The notes under the pieces were generated by a model. That model did not search any database. It was not told the DNA's origin and saw only the letters and a list, made by a program, of their open reading frames with translations. This document shows positions 32,848-46,512 of a stretch of DNA of 64,000 nucleotides, piece after piece. The position numbers and the translations under genes were made by a program. This DNA comes from Antedon mediterranea (taxonomy: Eukaryota; Animalia; Echinodermata). Position 1 is the first letter of the stretch, and every line of letters starts with the position of its first letter. The stretch lies in assembly GCF_964355755.1 (NCBI RefSeq), contig NC_092674.1, forward strand, positions 10,168,001 through 10,232,000. The letters run 5' to 3'.

Positions 32848-33333
32848 TAATTGCCATGATCTGACCATCAAAGCAAGTACTCTGCGCTGCACAGCAAATC
32901 CAATCTCATCGTGTTTCAAGCGCTACGTTGCAATGATCTGACCATCAAAGCAAGTACTCAGCGCTGCACAGCAAATCCAATCTCATCGTGTTTCAAGCGC
33001 TACGTAATTGCAATGATCTGACCATCAAAGAAAGTAGGCCTACTCAGCGCTGCACAGCAAATCCAATCTCATCGTGTTTCAAGCGCTACGTAATTGTCAT
33101 GATCTGACCATCATAGCAAGTACTTAGCGCTGCACGGCAACTCCAATCTCATCGTGTTTCAAGCGCTACGTAATTGCCATGATCTGACCATCAAAGCAAG
33201 TACTCAGCGCTGCACGGCAAATACAATCTCATCGTGTTTCAAGCGCTACGTAATTGCCATGATCTGACCATCAAAGAATGTACGCTGCGCTGCACAGCAA
33301 CTCCAATCTCATCGTGTTTCAAGTGCTACGTAA
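32848..33333. repeat. About 80-bp tandem repeat, 6 copies
   Basis: TAATTGCCATGATCTGACCATCAAAGCAAGTACTCAGCGCTGCACAGCAAATCCAATCTCATCGTGTTTCAAGCGCTACG. Confidence 0.95.
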
Positions 33334-33495
33334 ATACGGATTACTATCTTATCTATCCAAATGCGCGATTTTAACAATTTTGTCCAATTCGACATTATAT
33401 TAGGAAAGTATTTTGTGTTGCGCTGCACAACTTTTTTCTAGTATTAAAACACTATAACGAATGACTTTCTATGTAAATTTGAGGCATTCTTAAAG

Positions 33496-34196
33496 AACAA
33501 GGCCATAGGCCTATACATGGCTGCAGTCGCGTGCTCAAGTTAGTGTTTCCCGACCGACAAACCGACTGACCGACATAGTGAGCTGTAGAGTAGAGTAAAA
33601 ATACTACAGTAGATGCTGCAATTTGCTTTAAAGGAGGTGTTAATGAAAAAGGAAATCTTATAGATTATCAGAAGAGGTGGCATGAGGAGAAAACCAAGGG
33701 CTGGAAAGAGAAAGCCCTACATGGAGATTCTTGATGATATTATTAAAGAAAGGTTGTAAAATATAAATCGGGTGAATAGTGAATACTAAGGTTTAACCTG
33801 AAACGTACTATAATTTCATCGAAAATCAATTTTGACAATTTGAAGCGCGCGTACGCATGCGTTATATGCGCAACGCACGTAATTGTATTGCCATATGATG
33901 AAATATGACCTGAAATTTATGAGTACCAAATTTTAATTAATTGTGATTCATGCTTGTGAAGATATGATTACAAACGTGAATTCATTAAATCGTGCGTAGA
34001 CCGCCTAATGTTTGATTGCGCACCATAAAAACATAACCACATCGATTCTTGGCCATAAGGAATATACTGTAAACATTTGACTTAGCTAGATGAAACTGAT
34101 ATCAAGACAAGGCCATATATAAGTTAGTGTTTACCGACCGACCGACCAACCGACCGACAAAGTGAACTGTAGAGTCGCGTTGCACGCGACTAAAAA
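33496..34196 (+). mobile_element. Cluster of HINE-like (Helentron-associated) pieces with a short RTE-like LINE fragment
   Basis: ACAAGGCC starts, (GACC)n, 3' hairpin AGTCGCGTTGCACGCGACT; 33800-34105 is an inverted homologue of 40500-40810; WKEKALHG at about 33690-33725. Confidence 0.6.
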
Positions 34197-34199
34197 GCA

Positions 34200-34460
34200 A
34201 CATTCGAACAATCGTGTATTCTGGTGCAAAGCTGTGGAATAACATCCCAGATGATTTTTTTTTAAATAAATAAATCAAAAATTAAAAAATATTATTTTTT
34301 TGTTTAAGATTTGTATTTATTTCATAAGAGAATTTGTATAAAGTGTGTTTAAAAAAATGTTTAATTTTTAAAAAGGTAGCCCTAATTTATTTATATAACT
34401 ATATGTATATTTCAATGTTTAGGGGCTGAACTTGATTAGACTATTTTTTAGCCGTTCTCT
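34200..34460 (+). mobile_element. L2/CR1-clade LINE 3' fragment
   Basis: Encodes YSGAKLWNNIPD, typical of the ORF2 C-terminus. Confidence 0.4.
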
Positions 34461-36131
34461 TGATATATTATGTTTTATCTATGCTACAATGTTTATACTT
34501 TATATTTATGGGTAAATAAAAATCTCTGCTCTTGATTGCTGTGTACTGTGTATGTTTTGATGTTTATTATTTTATCTCTTCCTCCTTTTGAAAGTGTTTA
34601 TGAAATAAAATGAACTACATTTTAATTTAAAATATATTTTTTTTAAATAAAAAGAAGCCCTTTATTCCATCAAACTATAACCGTAAATAAGATAGCACAA
34701 AATTGGCAAAAAGTGTATTATAACAAGCGAATCTATATTATCAAAATTGAGCATTTTTTTACTTTTTGTTTCGTGTCTTCTCTTCTCCTTATAGACCCCA
34801 TGTAATTAAAATTTTAGAGTATTACAAACTTCATTAAAACTTTAACAATTTTAGTTTGCAAACTTTAAGAAAAGGTTCGCTAGTTCTTACATTAGTTAGG
34901 ACGTGCAACTGATTTTTTGTTGCTCTGAAGTTTGCAAAATGTTTCCAAACTTGAAAAACTCCACATTTACAAATAAAATGTATAGGCTTTAGCAGCAGCC
35001 AACGCGAGATTGAGTTCCACTGCTTTATGCTTATTGGCCATATGAGAAAGTCTTCTAGATATTCTCCATTCAGTTCATATAAATTGTACATGGATATCAG
35101 TAAAGTACTGTGAATTATTTTCAATTATTTCTCCGCCTGAGTTTATAGCTTCTCCACCCGAACAAGAACAATTTTAATCACTTTTGACGTCTTTTCTTGT
35201 CAGTTTGTATGTCTTATCATCTAAAAATGTCAAATGAATTTACCCTAAAATGGTTGCTATGGTGTGTATACATTTATTTTGATCCTACCCTGTGAAATAT
35301 TCTAAGTACAAAAAGTAATAGGCAGTGAATAAAATTAGCCTTTTACTTAACAGACGAAATAATGACAAATTACAAATGATATATATAAATATATAAAGCT
35401 TTATTTAAATTAATTTAAATACTATGAACAGTAATTTATAACGGAATGTAACATTGGAAATTTATTGGCATGATAATTATACGCAGCATTGTTGATTATA
35501 TTATGTTACAGTTATTTAAACTTTGTACAGGTTTTTAAACTAATAAATAAATAAGATAAGTAGCGATCAATTATATTTATTCTAATTTACAATAGTAATT
35601 TTGCATAACGATGAAATGAGAAAATCTGCGAGACTGAATTGTAATGGCGGATCCATAAATTCGTATCAGGAGTAGGAGGCGTAGGTATATAATTAATGAT
35701 AACCCTTCTTAGAGATCGCCTATAACAAACCTAAGGAGTTTAAACACATCGGGACGCATGATAAAACGCAGATGGTAACGTCACAGTGCCATGTAGGGAA
35801 AGGAGGAGATACCACCTGTTTCCCACCTCCCCCCATCCATTATCTCTAAATCCGCCCCCACTGTAACATCTCAGCGACTAATTCTCGTTTAGTTTCTCTT
35901 ATTGACTAGGCCTATTTCTGTTTTGCTGGCCGGTTTCATGTTGTTTTTTTTTATTTCCGTGAATGAATAAATAGTGAATAAGAACAATAGAACTATAACA
36001 TCAATAATAATAATAACAAACAATGAAATATCAAGATTATCTTAATACAATAATAACCATATTACTCTTTTTCAAAATCGATTTTTGTTTGATATAGTGC
36101 ATAGTATTAAGAATAGACAAAAATAATTCAG

Positions 36132-39100
36132 TTAGGATGTTGGACAAGAAATGCTCTGACAACTGTTTGAAGTCTGGGTAAAATTCATGTTGATAGAGCT
36201 ACTGGTGTTGTCTTTCGCCGACATTGTAATGCTTGAACCATTCAGGCTTAAACACTTCACCCCAGTACCATTACCTTGGCACAATCTATGATTGTCACCA
36301 TCTACAGAAAATTTCCAAACTGAATCGTCAGTTGCACAGTTCTGCAAACCAGGTAAAAAAACAAAAGATAATGAATTTAATATTTAAAAATGAAACATGA
36401 ATACTTAAAATTAATCATCAATATTTAAAATTAAACATTAATATTTAAAAATTAAACATAGAATAATTTATCATATTTAAACTTCAATTCAATCCAATTT
36501 ATTCCGGATATTGTACATGAACAAGGCCCGGGGGACTCCAACAGAGAACAGAGAATTGCTATCATTTCTAGGCACCACATTATTTTTAACGACTTTAGGC
36601 CATTTGTTATACACTCTATTTAATGATTTTTATTGATGTATTTTAATGTTTAATATGTATTTTTTATTTATTCTAGGCCTATATTGATATTTGTTATACT
36701 ATGATGTTTTATGTTAAGACGCCAAATAAACTGAAATTAATTTGAATATCAGTTTCAATAATGTGTTTTGTAGCATCATGTTAAAGAGTACACTGGTAGA
36801 ACACAATTCGGTAATTTATTAACGCATGGAATTAAAAAAACGATTCTGTTCCAAAATCAATGTTTAACACATGTGCAGATACAAAGATATTATAAGAGTT
36901 TGAAGAACGCAGAAAAAATGAGACGGACTATGCATTTGGCTACATAATATCGATCAAGCAATATTGAATCGTAGGAATCAAGTTAAACTCACCGAAGACA
37001 ATGTTACATCGTTGTTGTTTTCGAGCAGGCACAGAAAGTTGTTGCCTTCTGGTCTTAATCGAAATTTTGTAGTACCATTACCATGCTCTTCTGATTTGAA
37101 CATAAATTCTATACAAAATATAAATTCAATTCAGTTGTGCAAGAGAAAATAATACTAAACTAATAATAAACTAGATTTGAACTCGTCACTACGGACGAGT
37201 TAGGTTATCCGCAGCGCAAAGGCCACGTGCACGTCATACGTTGGAATATTGCGCGCAGAAAAACGATTAAGGCATTGAAACAATTTCAGTGTGCTCTCTA
37301 TTTTTCGTCACGTCTAAGTATATACGGTATACACTATATACTGTATACGTACTACATACAGTGCAGAAAAGGTGAAAATAACTGACCAAAGTTATTGACG
37401 CTTTTGAACATGATGACGTTATCACAATTTTTAAAATGGTAAATCGTGCGAAAGATAATTGATTGGCCTAGACAATATAACAAAATGGGGGAAATGGAAT
37501 ACGGATAAGTGGAGATGCGCTCTATTAAATGTGATGAGCTATGTGAAAGAGACAAAAATCCTATATTTTATATTCGAATGGCCATACGATGACGTCAGAA
37601 TGTCCGGTTAGCCCTATCGATGCATGATTCGATATCTACAACTCATCTACTTCCAGAATCTGAAATTTTAAAAATGTTCACCACGGAGTTTAGAATTTAT
37701 GACTTTTTAAAGAAAGGCATAATTTTAACGAATTTTTGAACTTTTTCATAAAAAATGCGCGCAAATTGTTCAATTTGACGTGCTCGTATGACGTAATTTT
37801 AAGTCGAAATTGATTGAAAATTGGTAAATTTAGTAGAAAAGGCTGGAAAAACAAAAATCAAACAAAAAAAAGATGTTTTTGCGCTACGTGCGCACGCGCG
37901 CGTAAAAAAATTGCGCACGCCTGGGAATTTTTGAAATGCTTAAAATGACATGAAACGCGTAGAAAATTGATTAGAAATTGATTTTCCGCATTTTGAAATT
38001 TGAAACGCGCGTGCGCGCGTAACTTTTTGTGAAACATGCCATTTTTAACCAATAGAAAGTTTGCGCATTATATGACTTAAACTTTCACCAAGTTTCAATA
38101 CAAAGCGAATTTCAGTTTTTATTCTATGATCAATCATTGAAATTCACAAAATCGCGCGTAACTTACGCTGCGCGACTCAAAATTTGAAAAAAAAAGTTTC
38201 TTGCACATCTACAGCTACAGAGCAATCTTTTGACAAAGTTATAGAATCATATGTTTGCCAGAATTAGAGATACGCTGCGAACAAAAATCGTGGAAAGAAA
38301 GAAGAACATAGAAAAAGATCCTGACAATAACAAGGGGTTATCCGCCAAGTGCGGATAACCAAATATACTAAATTGGGATAATATTGTTTCTATTAGTATT
38401 AATTATCAAAAACAAATTGCGCATTATAAAGTAATTTAAAGTTATAAAATAAATTATATTGACAAAAAAAAACAATTTGTTTATACTGCAGTTGGTTTAA
38501 CAAGTGGTAATAATCAACACAAACGAAGTATACGTAATACATAAATAAATAAAACAACAAAATGTTAACAAATAAAAACATAAAAATTATGTATACTTTT
38601 TCAAACGTTTTTAAAACATGTCATGAATGTAATTTAGCCTTTAATCATATTAATTTGTTTTTAACTAAAAAAAAATTTAAATAACATGTTACGAGGGCGG
38701 TCCATCCAGCCAAAAATTAATCAGTAGAGACTTTTACAAAAATGCAATAAATTAAAGACTAAAAAAGCTATGTATAGACCTATGAAGATACTAAAAAAAA
38801 GATTAAGTTACATTAATGAAAAACATATTCGAACCGTTATCAATACTTCAATGAGTATAAATCTTTGTTAATAAGATAAATAATGTTCTGGAATTATTTA
38901 AAAAAAGATTTAAATAAAACCACTATTTCATACCTGTTATATTAGTAGGCTGACAAGGAAGACTCTTAAACGATAGTACGTCTGACTGTAAATAAAGTGC
39001 TGTACTGCTTTTGTAAATACAAATATCAGGATTTGTAACAGAACCCTGTCTTCTAAATCTATTTAAACTTTCCTCTATCGATGATAAACTTCGACTGTTG

Positions 39101-39180
39101 TCTTCTAACAACGGCATGCTATTCACGCACACCAACCAAATAAATAAACAGGTACAAAAGTTGACAGCTGAAAAATTCAT
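36132..39180 (-). CDS. Putative secreted pro-protein, 190 aa, beta-trefoil-like (ricin-B/FGF/IL-1-type fold candidate)
   Basis: Exons 38934-39180, 36993-37108 and 36132-36341 join in frame with GT-AG introns; hydrophobic signal peptide, RFRR site, mature part with CL..x..C..W motifs, 8 Cys and several NxT/S sites. Confidence 0.8.
37169..38364 (+). mobile_element. Helentron-associated (HINE-like) non-autonomous element in intron 1 of the secreted-protein gene
   Basis: 5' AACTAGA plus hairpin AACTCGTC-ACTACG-GACGAGTT plus subterminal GGTTATCCGC; 3' hairpin GGTTATCCGC-CAAGT-GCGGATAACC. Confidence 0.7.
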
Positions 39181-39286
39181 ATTGAAATTCGAAAGAAAAT
39201 AGGTATAAGTTAATAATTATACCGGTATTGATCTTCAGGTTGGAAAGAAGTTGGAAACAATTAACGATTGAGTTGTAAAACATCAA

Positions 39287-39348
39287 TTTTATAGCATAAG
39301 AAAATAATTGGGGGCGGAGTAAAAATAGAGATATGCAAATCTGACTCA
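39287..39348 (-). promoter_or_regulatory. Putative core promoter of the secreted-protein gene: TATA, GC box, octamer, AP-1
   Basis: CTATAAAA (minus strand, 39287-39294), GGGGCGGAG 39311-39319, ATGCAAAT 39333-39340, TGACTCA 39342-39348, about 110-170 nt upstream of the ATG. Confidence 0.55.
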
Positions 39349-39589
39349 TTTTTTATATTTTCAGACTGCAAATGAACTCCTGTGATAAATACATGTTTAC
39401 CTGTTTCCGGTAATTCTTCAATTTCCTAAAATCTACCACTAAAACAGTTATGCTTTTGTAATGTTAATTCTGTCATACACATCCCATCCTCACTTCCGCC
39501 TTTGTCGTCATTTGACCAAAACCGGTTTAGCACTGATAAGGATATATTAATAATGATAATAATAATTATTATGTAATTTTTTTCTTTCT

Positions 39590-39913
39590 TCGGCCGACGT
39601 CTGTCACGAAAGACAATGTCAGAATGATGGACGAAACTAAGCCAAGACTGTTTAAAGCACTTTGGTTGGTCCTATCATTGATCAAGGGCTTCTTTCACCT
39701 TAACCAGAGGAGAGCATAAGCCAATACGTCATGCAGATACTAGATTTAGGGGCTGCCATGAGAGTCAGTAGTGCTGATTTCAAATGCTTAATGAGACCCC
39801 AGTTCCATAATATACAGCACCTGATATCCCCATATGATTTTCCATCCAAGCTGGGCCAAACGTTGTTTAACTTTGATCTGACGAAAACCGGTGTTTAAAC
39901 ATGTTAAGGCCGT
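39590..39913 (-). mobile_element. 5S rRNA-derived SINE, degenerate
   Basis: Minus strand ACGGCC...CGTCAGATC..AGTTAA...CTTGGATGG...GGTGCTGTA follows 5S over about 105 nt, then a unique body and an A-rich end. Confidence 0.55.
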
Positions 39914-40399
39914 GTAATTATCATATTAATGTAATATATGTAATAAAAACGATTAGATTAAGATTTTATTTATGGTTTGAATCTGCCAATTTATGCCACC
40001 TAGATGCAATATTGAAATAAAGTTTGAAGTGAAACTATGCCAATTGTTGTTGCCACAAAGGAGTAAAGGTGGCAGGGAAATGGTGTTAGTGATGGATGCG
40101 GCCAATCTGGTTCCACGCCTATGTTTTAAATGATCTTCAGTAACTATATTTGTTGTACTCCAATATTATGATTTTAGTTTGTTTCAAATCTAGAGGTTTA
40201 TGAGAAAAGTCACTGCAAACAGTATCAAAAATAAAATATAGTTACTGAACTAGTGCAATAGAATACTTTTGAAATGGTTCTTAGCGACTAGAAGGGTGGG
40301 GGGGGGGGGTGAGGGCATGTTTGTTTTGGACACTCATAAGTTGCTTAATATAATATACGGTAAGCCTTGATTCAATATATCATGGTTTTTTAAAAATTT

Positions 40400-41152
40400 C
40401 AGTTCACTATGTCGGTCGGTCGGTCTATCTGTCGGTCTGTCTGTCTGTCTGTCTGTCGGTCCGGTATCACTATGCGTTTTATCGCTTTCTGACCTTATCT
40501 TGATATCAGTTTAATCTAGCTAGGTCAATTTTTCACAGTATATCCCTTATGGCCAGGAATCAATGTGGTTATGTTTTCACGGTGCGCAATAAAAAATTAC
40601 GCGGTCTACGCACGATTTAACGAAATCACGTTTGTAATCATATCTTCACAACCATGAATCACAATTAAATAAAATGTGGTACTCATAAATTTCAGGGCAT
40701 AAATCATCATATGGCAATACAATTACGTGCGTAGCGCATGTAACGCATGCGTACGCGCGCTTTACATTTTCAAAATTTATTTTCGATGAAATAAGAGTAC
40801 ATTTCAGGCAATTTTAAGCGTTTACAAAATTGCCATGAGTGCGCATATTTCTGCGCGCGCACTGCGCGTTAAATGTTATTGCGCACTCTTTTGCCCGATT
40901 TCTGTTTTCTTGACTTACTTTTCAACTCGAAATTACGTTATACGAGCACGTCGAAAGTGACAGGCTACGCACGTGTAAATTAAAAAAAATAAATGTTTTT
41001 AAACATTTCAACATTTTTAAACATGTTCAGTAATTTCGGTCAGTATAGTTCACTATGTCGGTCGGTCGCTCTGTCTGTCTGTCTGTCGGTCTGTCTGTCG
41101 GTCCGGTATCACTATGCATTGTAGCACGCGACTTAATGGCTGTTGGCCTTGT
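40400..41152 (-). mobile_element. HINE-like element with duplicated (GACA/GACC)n module
   Basis: Minus strand AACAAGGCCAACAGCCATTAAGTCGCGTG start; CATAGTGATACCGGACCGACAGAC module present twice. Confidence 0.65.
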
Positions 41153-44100
41153 TTTTTTTTAGGCCTATTGGATTTTTTAAAAAAGATCGGTATTCATTTA
41201 TAAGGTTATGAATGAGGTCGATCTCGCATCCTGAACATTTGGTTTACTCTATAAGGAAACTATTCACTTTAGGTAAACCTTGGAAACTGATATGACATTC
41301 TTTTCCTAATAAACCACATAACAACATCAATGTTTAACTTGCTAAATAGGTCATTAACCGAGATATCAAATTAAGAAGATGTATTGAGTGTGCAGAATAG
41401 AAAAAGAAAGAAATATAAAAAGAAAACTAAAAAAAAAGAAAGTAGTGTATATAAGAAAGAAGTGTCCATTTCACAATTCTTCGGTAAGATTCAGGCTTAC
41501 ATGGTCCTTTGGCCGATTTGACCATTGAAGAAAAGATTTTTTTTAACCGTTTCTTTTATAGTCAATCCAGTAGCTGTTATGTTTGCAGGTTTTTTTCTGC
41601 AAAAAAAATAAACAACAATTGTTGACCACTGACTGATGAACCGATTGTTATAGGTTAGCCTATAGTAGGTGAGATTTGCATTTGGCTAGGTAGAATAGGC
41701 CACATAGATTGGCGAGACACTTTCATCGTTGGTCTCTTGAAAAGAGCACTTCATGAAAAAGGTAGGCCTACTTTCAAACTCCTGACCAGACTTTTGGTGC
41801 ACGTTATAGGGTAACGGTCAGCACAATACCAGTTCAATAACCCCTTCGTATGGACGGTTACTTTTTTGTGTGCGCATCATCTACATTTCAGCTAATAAAG
41901 AAGCGTGCATTACGGGATACATAGTAAATATATAAACATACACAGAACTGAAAGAAAATAGGCATAGCCTCCAACTACTACAATGCAAGAAAATGAACAC
42001 CGAAATAAGGAAACTTTTCTTGGCTATTCTTATGATCAAGATCTGTTCCTTTGCGCAAATGTTTTTTTATTTTTAGTTTTATTTTGATATTTATGTGCAG
42101 TATTTCAATTGGCCTTCATTGCTTAAATAAAGAAACTGAAACTCAAAAACCAAGGAAAACTCTGCTACAATACTGTATATCATGACATTTACTGTAAGTC
42201 TATATCTTTTAAACATGTAAACTTTAATTTATCCTAAGTATATTTAAGATCCTTATTTGTTTTACCATTAAATTTTCAGTGGCTAAAAAGTGATATATTG
42301 AAAGCATCTTGAAATGTAATAAATAATTACTATTTATCATCATGTTGATCGATTGTCGTGATTGTTTACCAGGATAGAAAAAAATTGAATAATAATGATA
42401 ACATTATAACATATTACATACTTATATATAGCATCTACAACACGTTGTAAAATAAAAAATATAATATAGGCCTATGTAACATGTAATGTATAATTATGTA
42501 TAGAATGAGGATAATAAGGGTTAATTGGATAATGATGAATATGAATACAAAATAAATTGAAAGGATTACAGAAAAAAAATGTAACACGAAATATGTGCTG
42601 TCATTATTATCTTGCTGTTCGTTTTGTTCTTGGATATGTGTCTGTGGTGAACAAAGGTGACACATACAATTTAAAAAACATGTTTAGTTTGTTTTGTAAC
42701 TAAACATGTTTTTTAAATTGTATGTGTCTTGTTTTGTATATCATTTTTTTAATTTGTATAATGGAATGTGTGGTTTGTGAATCAAAGAAATCCATGTATC
42801 TCCGGGACTGGTCATTGAGTGTGAAACTAAGTTCACAATCATATAGGATTTTAAAAAGGAAATTATCATATATTAATGTCATATTACGATGTTTTGGAAA
42901 CATAGACCTACTATTGTTAGTGTGTTCAAATCATTAAGACCGTTTCCATATTCTAAACATCCACTTCTCCATATTAGGTCATTTTCGAATCTTAGTAATT
43001 CATTGAGTAACATCATTGGCTAATAGGCCCAAAAGGTCAAAAAGATAGAAACTTAGTCTCTTCGGGGACATCAAACGTTTACAAAGTGGATGAAACACAG
43101 TTATCAACTTTGTTATCAATAATTACATTAGTCAGAAAACTATTTTGACATGCTTGAAACTCCAATAATGATCAATTTAGCCAACAGAATTATGTGATTC
43201 TGTGTTCATTTATTCATTTGTTAAAAACCAATTTTATTTCAATAACAATAAACAAGAAAAGATTACAAGCAATACACAAGATATTAAGTGAACATCAACG
43301 CGATTCGCAAAAGCTTCAGTGAAATGAACACACAACTTTTCACCATCAGAATAAGATGGAACAGATAGAGAATAGAACAGTTCCCCCTAAACCTAAATAC
43401 CACACTTTTTTTTTTACAATCTCGAAAATTATAAAGAATACCAAATTAAACAAATAATAATAATTTTAACTATGAACTAACAACTATAATCTTTGACAAA
43501 TATTGTAAATTATTTTTAAAAACTGAAAGAACGAAATGAAACCTTAGTATAATACCTTGTTATTATTATTTCTTCTTACTTACTTACTTATAATTTCATA
43601 AGTTGTTTTTGTTAATTACTATTATGTATGTTTTTAAACCACTTGTATGTACTTTTATTTGTTTGCACATCTGTAAAGAATTGTGCCTCTGCTGCAAAAA
43701 AGAGAAAAATATAAATGATTATATATACAGTGTAATAAGGTAAACATGATAACATTTCTTTACCGTATAATAATTGATTTTATTGACAATAGGCCTATAT
43801 TTTATGATTTAGGCCGTATTAAATGTTTTGAAGACTCTAGCGACAATAAGTGTCAGTGAAAGATGGCCGCAGATAGAGCATATTATTCTAACATTGTTTC
43901 CTTCCTAGGTTATACGAACGATTACCTATACGTACAAAGTTCAAAGATTTTTAAATGGCTTTTCTAACTAAACACTTTATTTCTCTAACTTTTATATAAT
44001 ATTAAACTTTGTACTGCATTTTTAATAATTTTTCAATTTACAAAAGTGATCTGGTTATTGTGTGCAGTAAGTGCAAAATCTGATTGGCTTTCGCCTATTC

Positions 44101-46263
44101 TCAGTCCTGGTTATCAATATATATTACTGATTCGACCAATTTCATTTTGTAACTTGCTCCGTCAATACAACGCCTATCAAAGTTGCTTAAAACAGAAGAC
44201 ACAAAATCAGTTTTGTTTAGTATCCAAAATGATATAACCAAAAAGTCTCTGCATCAAACGTGTTAATTACTTAACTATGCCATATTGCAGGTTATTATTT
44301 TATTCATTTTCTAAATTGCTCTATCTTTCTTGAAACTATTTGAAGAATCACAGTTTTTTTTGGTAACAAACATGGTGTAAACTACAGAGTTTCTGTATCA
44401 AACATGTTAATTTGAAACTAATTTGTCTCTAAGAAAAATGGTATAATATAAATAGCGGGTTAAAGTTTTTAATCAAACATTGTATCTAGTTATGATATTG
44501 TCTAGGCTTATGGTGTGACAGTTCATCTATATAAAGGTATACTCGAACCATCTTAATTATGAGATGAGAAAACCAGCTTTCATTGGGGTAAGGAATTGTG
44601 ATATCGGAAATCATCCCATTTAGATTTCGTGGAGAAACTCAACCAGCCTGAACTGAATCGAGCGTTTGAACTTCTCAATTGCCCGTCCAGGATCAGCTAA
44701 TCACCCCATCCCGTATTGTGTTTATTATATGCTGTGATTTTGAAGAATATTTGAATATACATTAAGAATAAGTTAAGTTACCCATATCAGAGAGAGTAGA
44801 TGATTTGACAGATAAGTAACATGTACTCTTTGTAACGATCACGGCCATGAATTTTATTGTCTTGAAATATATATAATATAATGATTACGACAATTTTCAG
44901 AGATAATCTGTTGATGCATTTACTTAAAGTGTTAATTAAGTTTTCTAGAACTGTGATCATGTAAATATCCTGCGAAGGATGAAATCAAGTTTATCTGCAC
45001 CTGTATTCTGCTTAAAGGATTTTCGTAAAAAAGTTTCAAAAAAAGGTCAAAATAGATTGTGTTGTGTCCTGGTAAAAAAGAAGAAAAATTAAAAATGAAT
45101 TACCTGGACATTTTGTGTTTGTGTTTTTGCTTTATAGCAGTAGCATGTGTCTTCTTAAAACTGCCCATGGTATAACGTTCAAGAAAACGTCTTCTTCTAA
45201 CTTTACCTAATTGTAGCATTACTGTGAATTATGGGATATGGAAAACACAATTTTTACTTAACATCGTTGGTCTCTTGAAAAGAGAACTTCAGGTAGGCCT
45301 ACTTTTAAACTCCTACGAAATCGACTCACCAGACTTTTGGTGAGGATCAGCGCAATTAAGTTTTAGTTTAAGTTACGTGTGCTTTTCTGATGTACAGTAT
45401 AACTCTATATAATTTTAATTGTTATGTATGTAGTGTATCAAACGACACATTTCCAATGGCATGTATGTATTTTGTATGTAATTGGACAATAAAAGATTTT
45501 TGAATTTGAATTTTGAATTTTTGAATACCAGCTCATTAAGCTTCGTTTACTTTTTGTGTGCGCATCACCTACATTCAAGCTGATAAAGAAGCATCCATAA
45601 TTGGATACAAAATAAATATACATTAACAAAACTGAAATAAAGTAGGCATAGCCTCCAAGTACTAGCCTATATGATGCAAGAAAATAAACACCAAACCAAA
45701 TAGTAATTGTTATGAAAAGATGCCAAAAAGGAAAGCTCTGCTACAATGATGACATTTGCAAAGATACTGTAAGCCTATATATCTTTTAACCATGTAAATG
45801 TTATTGTATCTGTCTGTCTTTCAATCACTTTTTAAAATATTGTTTTTACCCTATGTTTTAATTAGTTTATCATTGGACCTTTAGTGGCTAAAAAGCAAGT
45901 GATATATTGAAAGCTTATCTTTTTGAATGAAATGTAATATAATTTGATGTCGATTGACGATTAATAAAAGTGGTTGTTTACCAGGATAGAAAAAATGGAA
46001 CCCACTGAAAGGATTACAGAAAAAATGTAACACGAAATATGTGCTGTCAGTTGAGGTTTTTCCATTAATGAAACTATGTTTGTTCGTTTTTTTCTTGGAT
46101 ATGTGTCTGTGGTGAACGTTTACAAAGTAGATGAAACACATTTACCAAATTAGTCAGAAAACTAGGCCTGAATTTTGACATGCACAAAACATCAAAATTA
46201 TGTGACGCTGTGTTCATTCATTCATTTTGTGTAACTAATTTTACTTCAAATTAATTTAACAAA

Positions 46264-46512
46264 AACAAGGCCAACAGCCATAAGTCGCGTGCTAAAACGC
46301 ATAGTGATACCGGACCGACAGACAGACCGACCGACCGACATAGTGAACTATAGAGTCGCGTCCACGCGACTAAAAATGACAAGTAATACTAAGTGACTTC
46401 AATAAAAAAAAAAACAAGGCCATATACATGGCTGCAGTCGCGTGCGCAAATTTGAGTTAGTGTTTACCGACCGACCGACATAGTAAACTACGCGTTGCAC
46501 GCGACTAAAAAA
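46264..46512 (+). mobile_element. Two short HINE-like elements inserted in duplication unit B
   Basis: AACAAGGCC...(GACC)n...ACGCGACTAAAAA at 46264-46376 and 46411-46512; absent from the matching region of unit A. Confidence 0.65.

Noticed and set aside
34834-35124. 96-aa ORF as a gene or extra exon
   Set aside because: No ATG at the listed start and no recognisable motif; it lies downstream of the stop codon at 36132
24220-39180. Ancestral synteny with the vertebrate RAD50-IL5/IL13/IL4 cytokine locus
   Set aside because: Those cytokines are four-helix bundles, whereas this protein looks beta-rich; adjacency alone is not evidence of homology
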